A stretch of 64,000 nt of DNA from an uncultured Saprospiraceae bacterium (GTDB taxonomy: Bacteria; Bacteroidota; Bacteroidia; Chitinophagales; Saprospiraceae): contig CAZQSF010000001.1 in assembly GCA_964595955.1 (NCBI GenBank), forward strand, positions 4,456-68,455, in the 5' to 3' direction. Under the pieces are notes generated by a model that was not told the origin of the DNA, searched no databases, and worked only from the letters and a program-made list of their open reading frames with translations. Position 1 is the first letter of the stretch. Every line of letters begins with the position of its first letter. Shown here piece after piece: positions 55,954 to 64,000 of the stretch. The position numbers and the translations under genes are program-made.

Positions 55954-56769
55954 TTAGTATTGTTCTTGTTCGTTGGGAAAATCCCGGGAGCGTACATCCT
56001 GGATGTATTGCTCAACCGCCGATTGAATGACCTCAAAAAGCTCGAGGTACCGACGAAGGAAGCGGGGTTTGAAATCCTTGGTAATGCCCAGCAGATCGTG
56101 GGTCACCAAAACCTGCCCGTCTACTTCCGGCCCGGCACCGATGCCAATAGTCGGAATGTTCAGACGGGCCGATACCTGCGCAGCCAGGTTGGCCGGTATC
56201 TTTTCCAGCACAATGGCAAAACAGCCCAACTCTTCCAGCAGCAACGCATCTTCCATCAGTTTATGCGCCTCGGCCTCTTCCTTGGCCCGAACCGTGTACG
56301 TGCCGAACTTGTAGATGCTCTGCGGCGTGAGGCCCAGATGCCCCATCACGGGAACCCCGGCTGTGAGAATGCGCTTGATGGACTCCTGAATTTCGGCGCC
56401 TCCTTCCAACTTGACCGCATGGGCCCCTGACTCCTTCATGATCCGGATGGTGCTGTCGAGGGCTGCCTTGGAATTGCCCTGATAGGAACCGAAGGGAAGG
56501 TCGACCACCACCAGAGCGCGCTGAACGGCCCGGACGACCGAAGACGCGTGATAGATCATCTGATCCAGCGTGATCGGCAGGGTGGTTTCGTGGCCCGCCA
56601 TGACGTTGGAGGCGGAGTCGCCCACCAGAATGACATCAATACCCGCCGCGTCCAGAATGCGGGCCATGGAGAAGTCGTAGCCCGTGAGCATGGTGATCTT
56701 TTCGCCCTGGGCTTTCATAGCCTGCAGAACGTGGGTCGTAACGCGTTTGACCTCTTTGTTTACTGACAT
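55954..56769 (-). CDS. panB: 3-methyl-2-oxobutanoate hydroxymethyltransferase
   Basis: [29 protein letters not shown] and [13 protein letters not shown] at complement(56767..56769). Confidence 0.93.
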   Translation of the reverse strand: MSVNKEVKRVTTHVLQAMKAQGEKITMLTGYDFSMARILDAAGIDVILVGDSASNVMAGHETTLPITLDQMIYHASSVVRAVQRALVVVDLPFGSYQGNSKAALDSTIRIMKESGAHAVKLEGGAEIQESIKRILTAGVPVMGHLGLTPQSIYKFGTYTVRAKEEAEAHKLMEDALLLEELGCFAIVLEKIPANLAAQVSARLNIPTIGIGAGPEVDGQVLVTHDLLGITKDFKPRFLRRYLELFEVIQSAVEQYIQDVRSRDFPNEQEQY

Positions 56770-56903
56770 GGGTAGGCATTTGATTGCGCCAAAAGTATGA
56801 AAAGCTCGGGATAGCACCCGCAGCCGGTTTGAGGCTGGGCCGTTTGTCTGTCAACCGGCCGCCATGTGCGGGCTTTGAAGCCGATCAATGCGGGAGAATA
56901 CCT

Positions 56904-56911
56904 TACATTTG
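56904..56911 (+). promoter_or_regulatory. Candidate -7 box (TACATTTG)
   Basis: Perfect TAnnTTTG 22 nt upstream of the ATG at 56933. Confidence 0.3.
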
Positions 56912-56932
56912 CCACTTCAAAAACATCCGATT

Positions 56933-57934
56933 ATGCCGCAGCGTCTGTCCCTTCTTTATTGTGGTCTTCTGGCAACCCTATTTTCCTGCTCCACGGATAT
57001 TACCCTTGAATCGGAATGGAAAGACATTCCCGTCGTGTACGGTTTTTTGAATCAGACGGACTCCGCGCACTACATCCGCGTGGAAAAGGCTTTTTTGGAG
57101 CCTGGGGGCAACGCGTTGGATATCGCCCAGATCGTCGATTCGCTCTACTACGACGACAATCGCATCACTGTCGAATTAGAGCGGGTGACTACCGGCGAGC
57201 GCTTTGCGCTTCAGCGCGTGGACGGCAACCTGGAGGGGTATCCCCGGGAAGAGGGCGTTTTCGCGAGCGAGCCCAACTACCTGTACAAAATCCGCGACTC
57301 TGAGATCCAGCTTCGCGGCGGGGAGGAGATCCGGTTTATCCTCAACCGGGGCGATGAACTGGAGCCCGCTACGGCCCGCACCTTCATATTGGATACCCTT
57401 CGCGTATCCCTTCCCTTTGACCCATTGCGCCTGGCTCGCACTACGCCGCTCACCATCAGTTGGTTTGCCGGCGACTTCGCCGCCGTATTTGATGTGCGCT
57501 GGGTGATCAACTACCTGGAGCAGCCTCCCGGAGGCGGTGCATTTGAGGAAAAGTCTCTGGTGTGGGTGGTCAATGATCTGGTAGAACGCACGGACTTTAT
57601 GAACGACCGGGTAGCGATCAATTACCTGGGGGAGGACTTTTATCGCTTTCTGGGGGAAAGCCTGGAGGCCGATGGCAGCCTTCGGCGCCTTAACGGCATT
57701 GATATCCAGGTGCGTGGCATCGGGCAAGAGTATATCGACTTTCTGGAAGTCGCTAATGCCAACCTGGGGATAACCAGCGCTCAGAACACGCCCGTTTTTT
57801 CAAACATCGATCGGGGGCAAGGCATTTTCACCTCCCGAAGTCAGGGGGTCAAAAACGATTACTCACTGGATCAGGAAGCGCTCGATTCCCTGGAAAGCGG
57901 CGTTTTTACCCGCGACCTGAACTTTATCCGCTAA
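56933..57934 (+). CDS. Lipoprotein of unknown function (possibly DUF4249-like)
   Basis: MPQRLSLLYCGLLATLFSC lipobox. IPVVYGFLNQTDSAHYIRVEKAF resembles the DUF4249 start. This is a weak assignment. Confidence 0.65.
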   Translation: MPQRLSLLYCGLLATLFSCSTDITLESEWKDIPVVYGFLNQTDSAHYIRVEKAFLEPGGNALDIAQIVDSLYYDDNRITVELERVTTGERFALQRVDGNLEGYPREEGVFASEPNYLYKIRDSEIQLRGGEEIRFILNRGDELEPATARTFILDTLRVSLPFDPLRLARTTPLTISWFAGDFAAVFDVRWVINYLEQPPGGGAFEEKSLVWVVNDLVERTDFMNDRVAINYLGEDFYRFLGESLEADGSLRRLNGIDIQVRGIGQEYIDFLEVANANLGITSAQNTPVFSNIDRGQGIFTSRSQGVKNDYSLDQEALDSLESGVFTRDLNFIR

Positions 57935-58187
57935 GGATACGCTCAGTCGTTTTACACCGCAGGCAAAGCCTTTCCCGCAGCACATTCTATCCGCGGGGGG
58001 GCTCCTGCTTCCGCTATTTTCCCGCCTATTCCGGGGTCGCCCCGGATTTACTTCTGCCGTTTTGTCAGCCCTTTTGGGGAGCATGTGGCTATTGGCTACG
58101 ATTTGGCAGCTCATCGCTTTGGCATGACTATTGTACAGTATGAAATGACAATACAAATCAGATTCGAATAACTTAAAAACCTATCAT

Positions 58188-60107
58188 ATGAGTAAAATCA
58201 TCGGGATCGACTTAGGAACCACAAACTCGGTTGTGGCTGTGATGGAAGGGAATGAGCCCGTCGTGATCCAGAATGATGAAGGCCGCCGCACCACACCTTC
58301 TGTGGTGGCTTTTATGGATAACGGGGAGCGCAAGATTGGGGATCCGGCCAAACGTCAGGCTATCACCAACCCCGAACGCACTATCTATTCCATTAAGCGC
58401 TTCATGGGCGCGCGATACAGTGAAGTCAAAAACGAAGCCGAACGCGTTTCCTATAAAGTGACCTCCGGGGAAAATGACACCGTCCGCGTCGATATTGACG
58501 GCCGAATGTATACCCCGCAGGAAATTTCGGCCATGGTTCTCCAGAAGATGAAAAAAGTAGCGGAGGACTTCCTGGGTCAGGAAGTAACGGATGCGGTAGT
58601 TACCGTACCGGCCTATTTCAATGACTCACAGCGCCAGGCTACTAAAGAAGCAGGTGAGATCGCAGGCCTGAATATCCGCCGCATCATCAACGAACCTACC
58701 GCAGCTGCCCTGGCCTATGGAATGGACAAAGGCGAGGGGGATCGCACTATTGCGGTATACGACCTCGGCGGCGGTACTTTCGACATTTCCATACTCGAAC
58801 TGGGAGACGGGGTTTTCGAGGTAAAATCCACCAATGGAGATACACACCTGGGCGGTGATGACTTCGACCAGGAGATCATCAACTGGATGGCCGGGGAGTT
58901 CAAGAACCAGGAAAATATTGACCTGCGCAAAGACCCCATGGCCCTTCAGCGGCTGAAGGACGCTGCCGAAAAAGCCAAGATCGAGCTTTCGGCCTCTTCC
59001 GAAACGGAGATCAATCTGCCGTACATTACCGCCGTTGACGGGGTGCCCAAGCACCTGGTGCTCAAGCTCACCCGGTCCAAGTTCGAACAGCTCGTCGACG
59101 ACCTGGTCGAACGCACCCTGGAACCGTGTAGCAAGGCCCTCAAGGATGCCGGTCTTTCCACCAGCGATATCGACGACGTCATCTTGGTGGGCGGGTCTAC
59201 CCGTATCCCGCGCATCCAACAGGCCGTGGAGAAGTTCTTCGGCAAAAAGCCCAATAAAGGCGTTAACCCCGACGAAGTTGTTGCCGTAGGTGCAGCTATT
59301 CAGGGAGGGGTGCTCAGCGGAGACGTGAAAGACGTACTCCTGCTGGACGTAACCCCGCTTTCGCTGGGGATCGAGACCATGGGCAGCGTTTTCGACGTGG
59401 TGATCGAGGCCAATTCCACCATTCCGGTGAAGAGGTCTAAGGTATACTCTACCGCAGCCGACAACCAGCCCTCGGTGGAGATTCACATTCTGCAGGGCGA
59501 ACGCCCCATGGCTTCGGACAACCGCAGCGTAGGACGCTTCATTCTGGACGGCATTCCGCCGGCCCCCCGCGGTGTACCTCAGATCGAGGTAACCTTCGAT
59601 ATCGACGCCAACGGCATTCTCAATGTTTCGGCCAAGGATAAGGGCACCGGTAAGGAGCAGAATATCCGAATCGAGGCCAGTACGGGCCTGAGCAAGGATG
59701 AAGTCGAGCGCATGAGGGCCGAAGCCAAAGCCAATGCCGATGTGGATGCCAAGGCGCGCGAACGAGCTGAAAAACTCAATGCCGCCGATACGCTTGTCTT
59801 CCAAACCGAAAAGCAGCTCAAAGACTACGGCGATAAAATACCTGCCGATAAGAAAGGGGCCATCGAAACAGCCCTCAACGAGCTGAAAGAAGCGCATAAG
59901 GCGCAGGACATGGACAAGATCCAAAGCGCCACGGCCAGCCTCAACAGCGCTTGGCAGGCCGCCAGCCAGGAAATCTATCAGGCTACGCAGGAAGCCCAGG
60001 GAGGTAGTACCGAACAAGGGCCTTCCGAAGGCCAGACCGATTCGGGTTCCGGCGGAGCCGAAGATGTGACGGATGTAGAATTCGAAGAAGTGGACGACAA
60101 GAAGTAA
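58188..60107 (+). CDS. dnaK: Molecular chaperone DnaK (Hsp70)
   Basis: Motifs [18 protein letters not shown] and [11 protein letters not shown]. Full length, 639 aa. Confidence 0.98.
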   Translation: MSKIIGIDLGTTNSVVAVMEGNEPVVIQNDEGRRTTPSVVAFMDNGERKIGDPAKRQAITNPERTIYSIKRFMGARYSEVKNEAERVSYKVTSGENDTVRVDIDGRMYTPQEISAMVLQKMKKVAEDFLGQEVTDAVVTVPAYFNDSQRQATKEAGEIAGLNIRRIINEPTAAALAYGMDKGEGDRTIAVYDLGGGTFDISILELGDGVFEVKSTNGDTHLGGDDFDQEIINWMAGEFKNQENIDLRKDPMALQRLKDAAEKAKIELSASSETEINLPYITAVDGVPKHLVLKLTRSKFEQLVDDLVERTLEPCSKALKDAGLSTSDIDDVILVGGSTRIPRIQQAVEKFFGKKPNKGVNPDEVVAVGAAIQGGVLSGDVKDVLLLDVTPLSLGIETMGSVFDVVIEANSTIPVKRSKVYSTAADNQPSVEIHILQGERPMASDNRSVGRFILDGIPPAPRGVPQIEVTFDIDANGILNVSAKDKGTGKEQNIRIEASTGLSKDEVERMRAEAKANADVDAKARERAEKLNAADTLVFQTEKQLKDYGDKIPADKKGAIETALNELKEAHKAQDMDKIQSATASLNSAWQAASQEIYQATQEAQGGSTEQGPSEGQTDSGSGGAEDVTDVEFEEVDDKK

Positions 60108-60133
60108 TCGCGTTCCCAAATGTATGAATCCAA

Positions 60134-60172
60134 AAAAGCCTTCTCGATTCCGGGAAGGCTTTTTGGTTTTTT
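60134..60172 (+). terminator. Rho-independent terminator of dnaK
   Basis: aaaagccttc-tcgattccgg-gaaggctttt gives a 10-bp stem, followed by a T-rich run (ttggtttttt). Confidence 0.75.
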
Positions 60173-60215
60173 AGGGCATTCCTTCGACCTTTAAAGGAAC
60201 CAATGTGCTGAGCCT

Positions 60216-61238
60216 ATGCAAAGCCGGCTGAGGGCAAATCGCCGTCTTTTTTTAAACCCTTCCGTTCGTTTGGCAGGCGGCGCCCTGCTGATTTGCACCT
60301 TCCCGGCCTGTGGCGATGAAGAGGTCTCCGAGCTGCGATTACAGCTGCTAAGGCCGCAAGGGGGGGAGCAAGGGATTGCCGGGGAGGTCCTCAACATTGA
60401 ATGGGTCAGTGAGGGCATCCGCCTTTTGCACATCGAATTTTCCCCGGATGATGGAAATTCCTGGCAGCGTTTGTTCGAGAACGTACCGGCCGAGCAGGGG
60501 CAGGTTGGCTGGTCCCTTCCCGAACTGGCATCGCAAACCTGTTTGATTCGCCTGCTTGCTGCCGAGCCGGAAGGCATGGAGGCTCAACATCGCAACCCTT
60601 TTTCTTTGGTTTTACCCGATTTGCAGCTCATCGCTCCGGAGCTCGGGATGTTATTCAATCCGGGCGACGAACACCCGATTATTTGGTCTGCAATAGGGGT
60701 GGAAAGGGTGGATATCGACTTTTCCCCGGATGACGGAGCGTCCTGGTCGAAGGTAGCTAAATCCGTTCCCGCTGAAGATGGCCGTTATCTCTGGACTGCT
60801 CCCGAGGTCGAATCCTTGGCATGCAAGTTGCGCATCCGTGAATCCGGAGAAGATCAGCCGGCATTCGTGCAGGAGGTTTCGTTCTCCATCCGGCGTCACC
60901 TCATCCTATCCCTTGCGGATTACCTCGCGCTGCAAAGCCCGACTACGGATTATCTGATTTTGGCAGCACCCACCATGCCCGATGTAGCGGTGCGCAGGGA
61001 AGAGGAGCATAAGTTTTCTGCCCTAAGCCTCGTTTGTCCGCATGCGGCTTGTACGGTTGACTGGCGTTCGGCCGATGGCGTATTTTCCTGCCCCTGCCAC
61101 TTGTCGATCTTTGACAGCCGGGGGTGCCATGTTTTCGGGGCTGCGGGGCAAGCCCTTTGGAGCCTGGATACCGAATACCTGCCGGAAACAGATGAACTCA
61201 TTCTTTTTCTGAACGAACAAGCGAACGCGAGCTGTTGA
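60216..61238 (+). CDS. Tat-signal, lipobox-like Rieske [2Fe-2S] protein with two N-terminal Asp-box-containing beta-sandwich modules
   Basis: MQSRLRANRRLFLN...LLICTFPAC at the N-terminus. SPDDGNSW (60441..60464) and SPDDGASW (60723..60746). Rieske ligand boxes CPHAAC (61035..61052) and CPCH (61089..61100). Confidence 0.8.
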   Translation: MQSRLRANRRLFLNPSVRLAGGALLICTFPACGDEEVSELRLQLLRPQGGEQGIAGEVLNIEWVSEGIRLLHIEFSPDDGNSWQRLFENVPAEQGQVGWSLPELASQTCLIRLLAAEPEGMEAQHRNPFSLVLPDLQLIAPELGMLFNPGDEHPIIWSAIGVERVDIDFSPDDGASWSKVAKSVPAEDGRYLWTAPEVESLACKLRIRESGEDQPAFVQEVSFSIRRHLILSLADYLALQSPTTDYLILAAPTMPDVAVRREEEHKFSALSLVCPHAACTVDWRSADGVFSCPCHLSIFDSRGCHVFGAAGQALWSLDTEYLPETDELILFLNEQANASC

Positions 61239-61294
61239 ATGGCTCGTTTATATATTGAGTAGGACCAATCCATCATTTTGAAACTCGGAAGACC

Positions 61295-63610
61295 ATGAAA
61301 AACATCCTATTTTTTCTAATCTCTTTTCTGCCGGTTCTGATACTTGCCCAGGGGACCGATGAACCCGAACCCCTTTCCTGGCCCAGGGAATTTGAGGGCC
61401 AAACAAATACCATCACGGTGTACCAGCCTCAGTTGGAATCCTATCAGAACAATGTTCTGCAAGGCCGGGCGGCTGCTTCAGTGAAAACGCCAAGTTCATC
61501 AGAACCCGTTTTCGGTGCCTTTTGGTTTAAGGCCTACATGTATACCGATAGGGAAGAACGCTTGGTTTATCTCGATCGGCTCGAGGTGACGGAGGTTCGT
61601 TTCCCCCAAAAGGAAGAAGCTGAAATCGCAGAATTTAAGGAAGATGTCATAGCGGAGGTCGAGCGTTCCGATGTCATCCTTTCGCTGGATCGACTTTTAG
61701 CGACGCTGGAAGAGGTGGAAGAAATGAAAACCCAGGCGGATAAGATAAAGAACGACCCGCCGGATATCTACTACCGCACGCGTTCCACTGCACTGATCAC
61801 GATCGATGGCGACCCCCTGTTCAAAGAGACAAGCACTAAAGGCTACAGCTATGTGGTGAATACGCCATTTTTCATTGTCCGGAAAGACAATTCCGGTGAG
61901 CATTATCTCAAAGGAGGCGAATTCTGGTATGTTTCAGATCAGGTACTGAGCGGTTGGAAGGAGGTTGAAAAAGTACCTAAAAAGGTGCGCAAAATGGCAG
62001 AGGATGCCGTCAATGAGGCCGAAGGGGATGGCGGCATCGGACTGAGCGAGGAAGGCGAGCTCAGCGAAGCGCTTTTTGCCCCGGAGATCATCGTAGTGAC
62101 CAAGCCCAGCGAACTCATTCTGGTCGATGGGCAGCCCAACTACGAACCCGTGCCGAACACGAACCTTCTGTACGTTACCAATTCGCAAAACGACATCCTC
62201 ATAGAAACGGGCGGACAGAAGCACTACGTGTTGTTGGCGGGTCGTTGGTATGCTTCCAATACCCTGGATGACAGCAGCTGGTCGTTCGTAGAACCGGATG
62301 ACCTGCCAGCGGATTTTACCAAAATCCCCGAAGATGCTGAAGTGAAAAACGTACGCACCAGTGTGCCCGGCACTCCCGAGGCTCGATATGCCGTACTGGA
62401 CCAGAGTATTCCCCAAACGGCGACCATCGACCGGAAAACGGCGACTACTGAAGTGAATTATGACGGCAGGCCTCAGTTCGCGCGAATTGAGGGAACCTCT
62501 CTTTCCGTAGCCGAAAATGCCGACAAGACTGTTCTGCTATCCAGAAACACTTACTATGCAGTAGATAATGGCGTATGGTTTGAATCCCGCACGCCAACGG
62601 GACCCTGGCAGGTCAGCACCACCCGTCCGGATGATCTGGAGTCCATTCCGCCCAGTTCACCAGCCTACAACACCAAGTATGTCTACGTTTACGATTACAC
62701 GCCCGATGTGGTGTATGTCGGCTATTTGCCGGGCTACGCCGGCTCATACGTATACAATGGGGTCGTGGTCTACGGTACGGGCTATTGGTACCGCCCCTGG
62801 TATGGTAGATACTACTATCCGAGGCCGTGGACCTGGGGTTTCAATGTACACTACAACCCCTGGGCCGGCTGGGGTTTTTCTTTCGGCTTCAGTTACGGTT
62901 GGTTCAATTACGGTTGGCATCCGCGCCCGTACTGGTGGGGACCCTGCGGGTATCGCTACGGTTTCCGGCAGGGGTTCTATGCCGGCTATTCCTGGCGAAA
63001 CCGGAATTATTACAACTACCGCTACAACTACAACTACAGGGGAAGAACCTACGGCCCCAGGCCTTCAGCCTACTCCAACGTATATCGCCAGCGGCAAACG
63101 GGCGTGGTGAATACCGGGGTGACGCGCCCAAGTACCCGCCCGAGCACGCGACCCGGCACAGACCGCCCGAGTACCCGCCCCAGCACGCGCCCTGGCACAG
63201 ACCGCCCGAGTACCCGCCCCAGCACGCGCCCTGGCACAGACCGCCCGAGTACCCAGCCCAGCACGCGCCCTGGCACAGACCGCCCGAGTACGCGGCCCAG
63301 CACGCGGCCTGGTACAGACCGCCCCAGCACCCTGCCGAGTACCCGGCCCAGCACGCGACCTAGTACACGACCCAATGATGTGTACAGCGATCAAAAAGGG
63401 AATATATACCGCCGTGACCAATCCGGAAATTGGCAACAGCGGGGTTCAAGTGGCTGGAACCGGCCCAGTACACGTCCGAATAACCTGGACCGCTCTTATC
63501 AGAGTCGTTCACAGGGTAATTCCAATTACAATCGGGCTCGTCAGTCTCGCCCTTCAACACCCCGACCCAGCACCCGGCCCAGCGGTTCCAGGGGCCGTGG
63601 GGGCGGATAG
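61295..63610 (+). CDS. 771-aa secreted protein of unknown function: three internal ~70-aa modules, a Tyr/Trp/Gly/Pro-rich segment, PSTRPSTRPGTDR tandem repeats and a basic Q/N/S/R-rich tail
   Basis: Signal MKNILFFLISFLPVLILAQG. The modules end in GGEFWYVSDQVLSGWKEV, AGRWYASNTLDDSSWSFV and DNGVWFESRTPTGPWQV. The aromatic segment reads YWYRPWYGRYYYPRPWTWGFNVHYNPWAGWGFSFGFSYGWFNYGW. Confidence 0.85.
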   Translation: MKNILFFLISFLPVLILAQGTDEPEPLSWPREFEGQTNTITVYQPQLESYQNNVLQGRAAASVKTPSSSEPVFGAFWFKAYMYTDREERLVYLDRLEVTEVRFPQKEEAEIAEFKEDVIAEVERSDVILSLDRLLATLEEVEEMKTQADKIKNDPPDIYYRTRSTALITIDGDPLFKETSTKGYSYVVNTPFFIVRKDNSGEHYLKGGEFWYVSDQVLSGWKEVEKVPKKVRKMAEDAVNEAEGDGGIGLSEEGELSEALFAPEIIVVTKPSELILVDGQPNYEPVPNTNLLYVTNSQNDILIETGGQKHYVLLAGRWYASNTLDDSSWSFVEPDDLPADFTKIPEDAEVKNVRTSVPGTPEARYAVLDQSIPQTATIDRKTATTEVNYDGRPQFARIEGTSLSVAENADKTVLLSRNTYYAVDNGVWFESRTPTGPWQVSTTRPDDLESIPPSSPAYNTKYVYVYDYTPDVVYVGYLPGYAGSYVYNGVVVYGTGYWYRPWYGRYYYPRPWTWGFNVHYNPWAGWGFSFGFSYGWFNYGWHPRPYWWGPCGYRYGFRQGFYAGYSWRNRNYYNYRYNYNYRGRTYGPRPSAYSNVYRQRQTGVVNTGVTRPSTRPSTRPGTDRPSTRPSTRPGTDRPSTRPSTRPGTDRPSTQPSTRPGTDRPSTRPSTRPGTDRPSTLPSTRPSTRPSTRPNDVYSDQKGNIYRRDQSGNWQQRGSSGWNRPSTRPNNLDRSYQSRSQGNSNYNRARQSRPSTPRPSTRPSGSRGRGGG
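63122..63370 (+). repeat. 39-bp tandem repeat, about 6 copies (in-frame, encodes PSTRPSTRPGTDR)
   Basis: Unit gaccgcccgagtacccgccccagcacgcgccctggcaca. Copies 63161..63199 and 63200..63238 are identical. Flanking copies (63122.., 63239.., 63278.., 63317..) are progressively diverged. Confidence 0.9.
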
Positions 63611-63617
63611 GAAATGA

Positions 63618-63650
63618 GCTTGGTGGTGATGGAACTCAACACCACCAAGC
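63618..63650. terminator. Perfect 11-bp-stem hairpin between convergent genes
   Basis: gcttggtggtg-atggaactcaa-caccaccaagc, located between the stop at 63610 (plus) and the stop at 63653 (minus). Confidence 0.5.
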
Positions 63651-63652
63651 CG

Positions 63653-64000
63653 CTATCCTTGTTTCGGGTGTACCAGCTTCATCTCCTCAATGAGGTGACC
63701 GGCACCGGCAAACTTGTCGATGAGGAAAAGGATGTAGCGGGCGTCCACCATGATGTTGCGGCAGATGCTGCGGTCATAATGCAGGTCGCTCATAGTGCCT
63801 TCCCACACCCGGTCGAAGTTGAGGCCGATTAGATTGCCATAGGCGTCGATGGCCGGACTGCCGCTGTTGCCGCCCGAGGTGTGGTTGGATCCCAGGAAAC
63901 AGACGGGCATCTTGCCGTCGGCGGTGGCATAGGGGCCGTAGTCCTTTTGCTCATACAGCTCGATCAGCTTCTGCGGCAGGTCGAATTCGTAATCCCCCGG
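63653..64000 (-). CDS. S46-family dipeptidyl-peptidase (DPP7/DPP11-like), C-terminal fragment (N-terminus lies beyond the right edge)
   Basis: The frame is open from 64000 down to the stop at 63653. ...GDYEFDLPQKLIELYEQKDYGPYATADGKMPVCFLGSNHTSGGNSGSPAIDAYGNLIGLNFDRVWEG contains the GGNSGSP catalytic-serine motif. The track lists only the internal-Met part (63653..63910). Confidence 0.85.
   Translation of the reverse strand, partial: PGDYEFDLPQKLIELYEQKDYGPYATADGKMPVCFLGSNHTSGGNSGSPAIDAYGNLIGLNFDRVWEGTMSDLHYDRSICRNIMVDARYILFLIDKFAGAGHLIEEMKLVHPKQG

Noticed and set aside
58104-58124. TGGCAgctcatcgcTTTGGCA upstream of dnaK, examined as a sigma-54 -24/-12 promoter.
   Set aside because: The GG-to-GC spacing is off by one, and the -12 element does not match TTGCW. 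No CIRCE-type inverted repeat was seen either.
58626-60119. 497-aa ORF antisense to dnaK.
   Set aside because: Long open antisense frames opposite hsp70 genes are a well-known artefact class in GC-rich genomes. The translation is low-complexity, and dnaK on the plus strand is unambiguous.
63070-63375. Minus-strand ORF encoding (GRVL)n repeats.
   Set aside because: An artefact of reading the 39-bp tandem repeat of the 771-aa gene on the opposite strand.

Overview
GC-rich, densely coding chromosomal segment that looks like Bacteroidota. Evidence for that: several proteins end in T9SS C-terminal sorting domains, there is a SprB/PKD-type adhesin, TAnnTTTG -7 boxes sit upstream of genes, and there is a GH65/GH13/MFS maltose locus. 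I call about 45 protein genes. Most are housekeeping (folD, prmA, polX-like, topA, purB, ald, aspartate kinase, tilS, tdh-kbl, pgmB, mltG, panB, dnaK), interleaved with secreted, lipoprotein and T9SS-cargo genes. I found no rRNA, tRNA, CRISPR array, transposase, integrase, prophage block or recognisable defence island. Two real genes are cut by the window edges and are missing from the supplied ORF track because they lack an in-window stop or start: a giant adhesin (1..3428, minus) and an S46 peptidase (63653..64000, minus). All family assignments come from reading motifs in the translations by eye; no database search was run. Nothing here is a compelling new system. The best candidates for undescribed biology are: (1) a three-gene operon at 27665..29683 with two proteins sharing a cytochrome-c-like module that has CX4CH instead of CXXCH, plus a DUF5777-like beta-barrel whose 3' end is frameshifted; (2) a DUF1800/DUF1501 pair in which the DUF1501 protein has both a twin-arginine signal and a T9SS sorting domain; (3) a 1783-aa T9SS glycosidase-like protein with 14 copies of a 29-30-aa four-Cys Asp-rich repeat and four CBM-like modules, with long stretches of exact DNA identity between repeats; (4) a hairpin-bounded two-gene unit encoding a Tat/lipoprotein Rieske protein and a 771-aa secreted protein with an extremely aromatic segment and a 39-bp tandem repeat; (5) a 21-codon Cys/Lys-rich micro-ORF inside the only long non-coding stretch (18541..19259).
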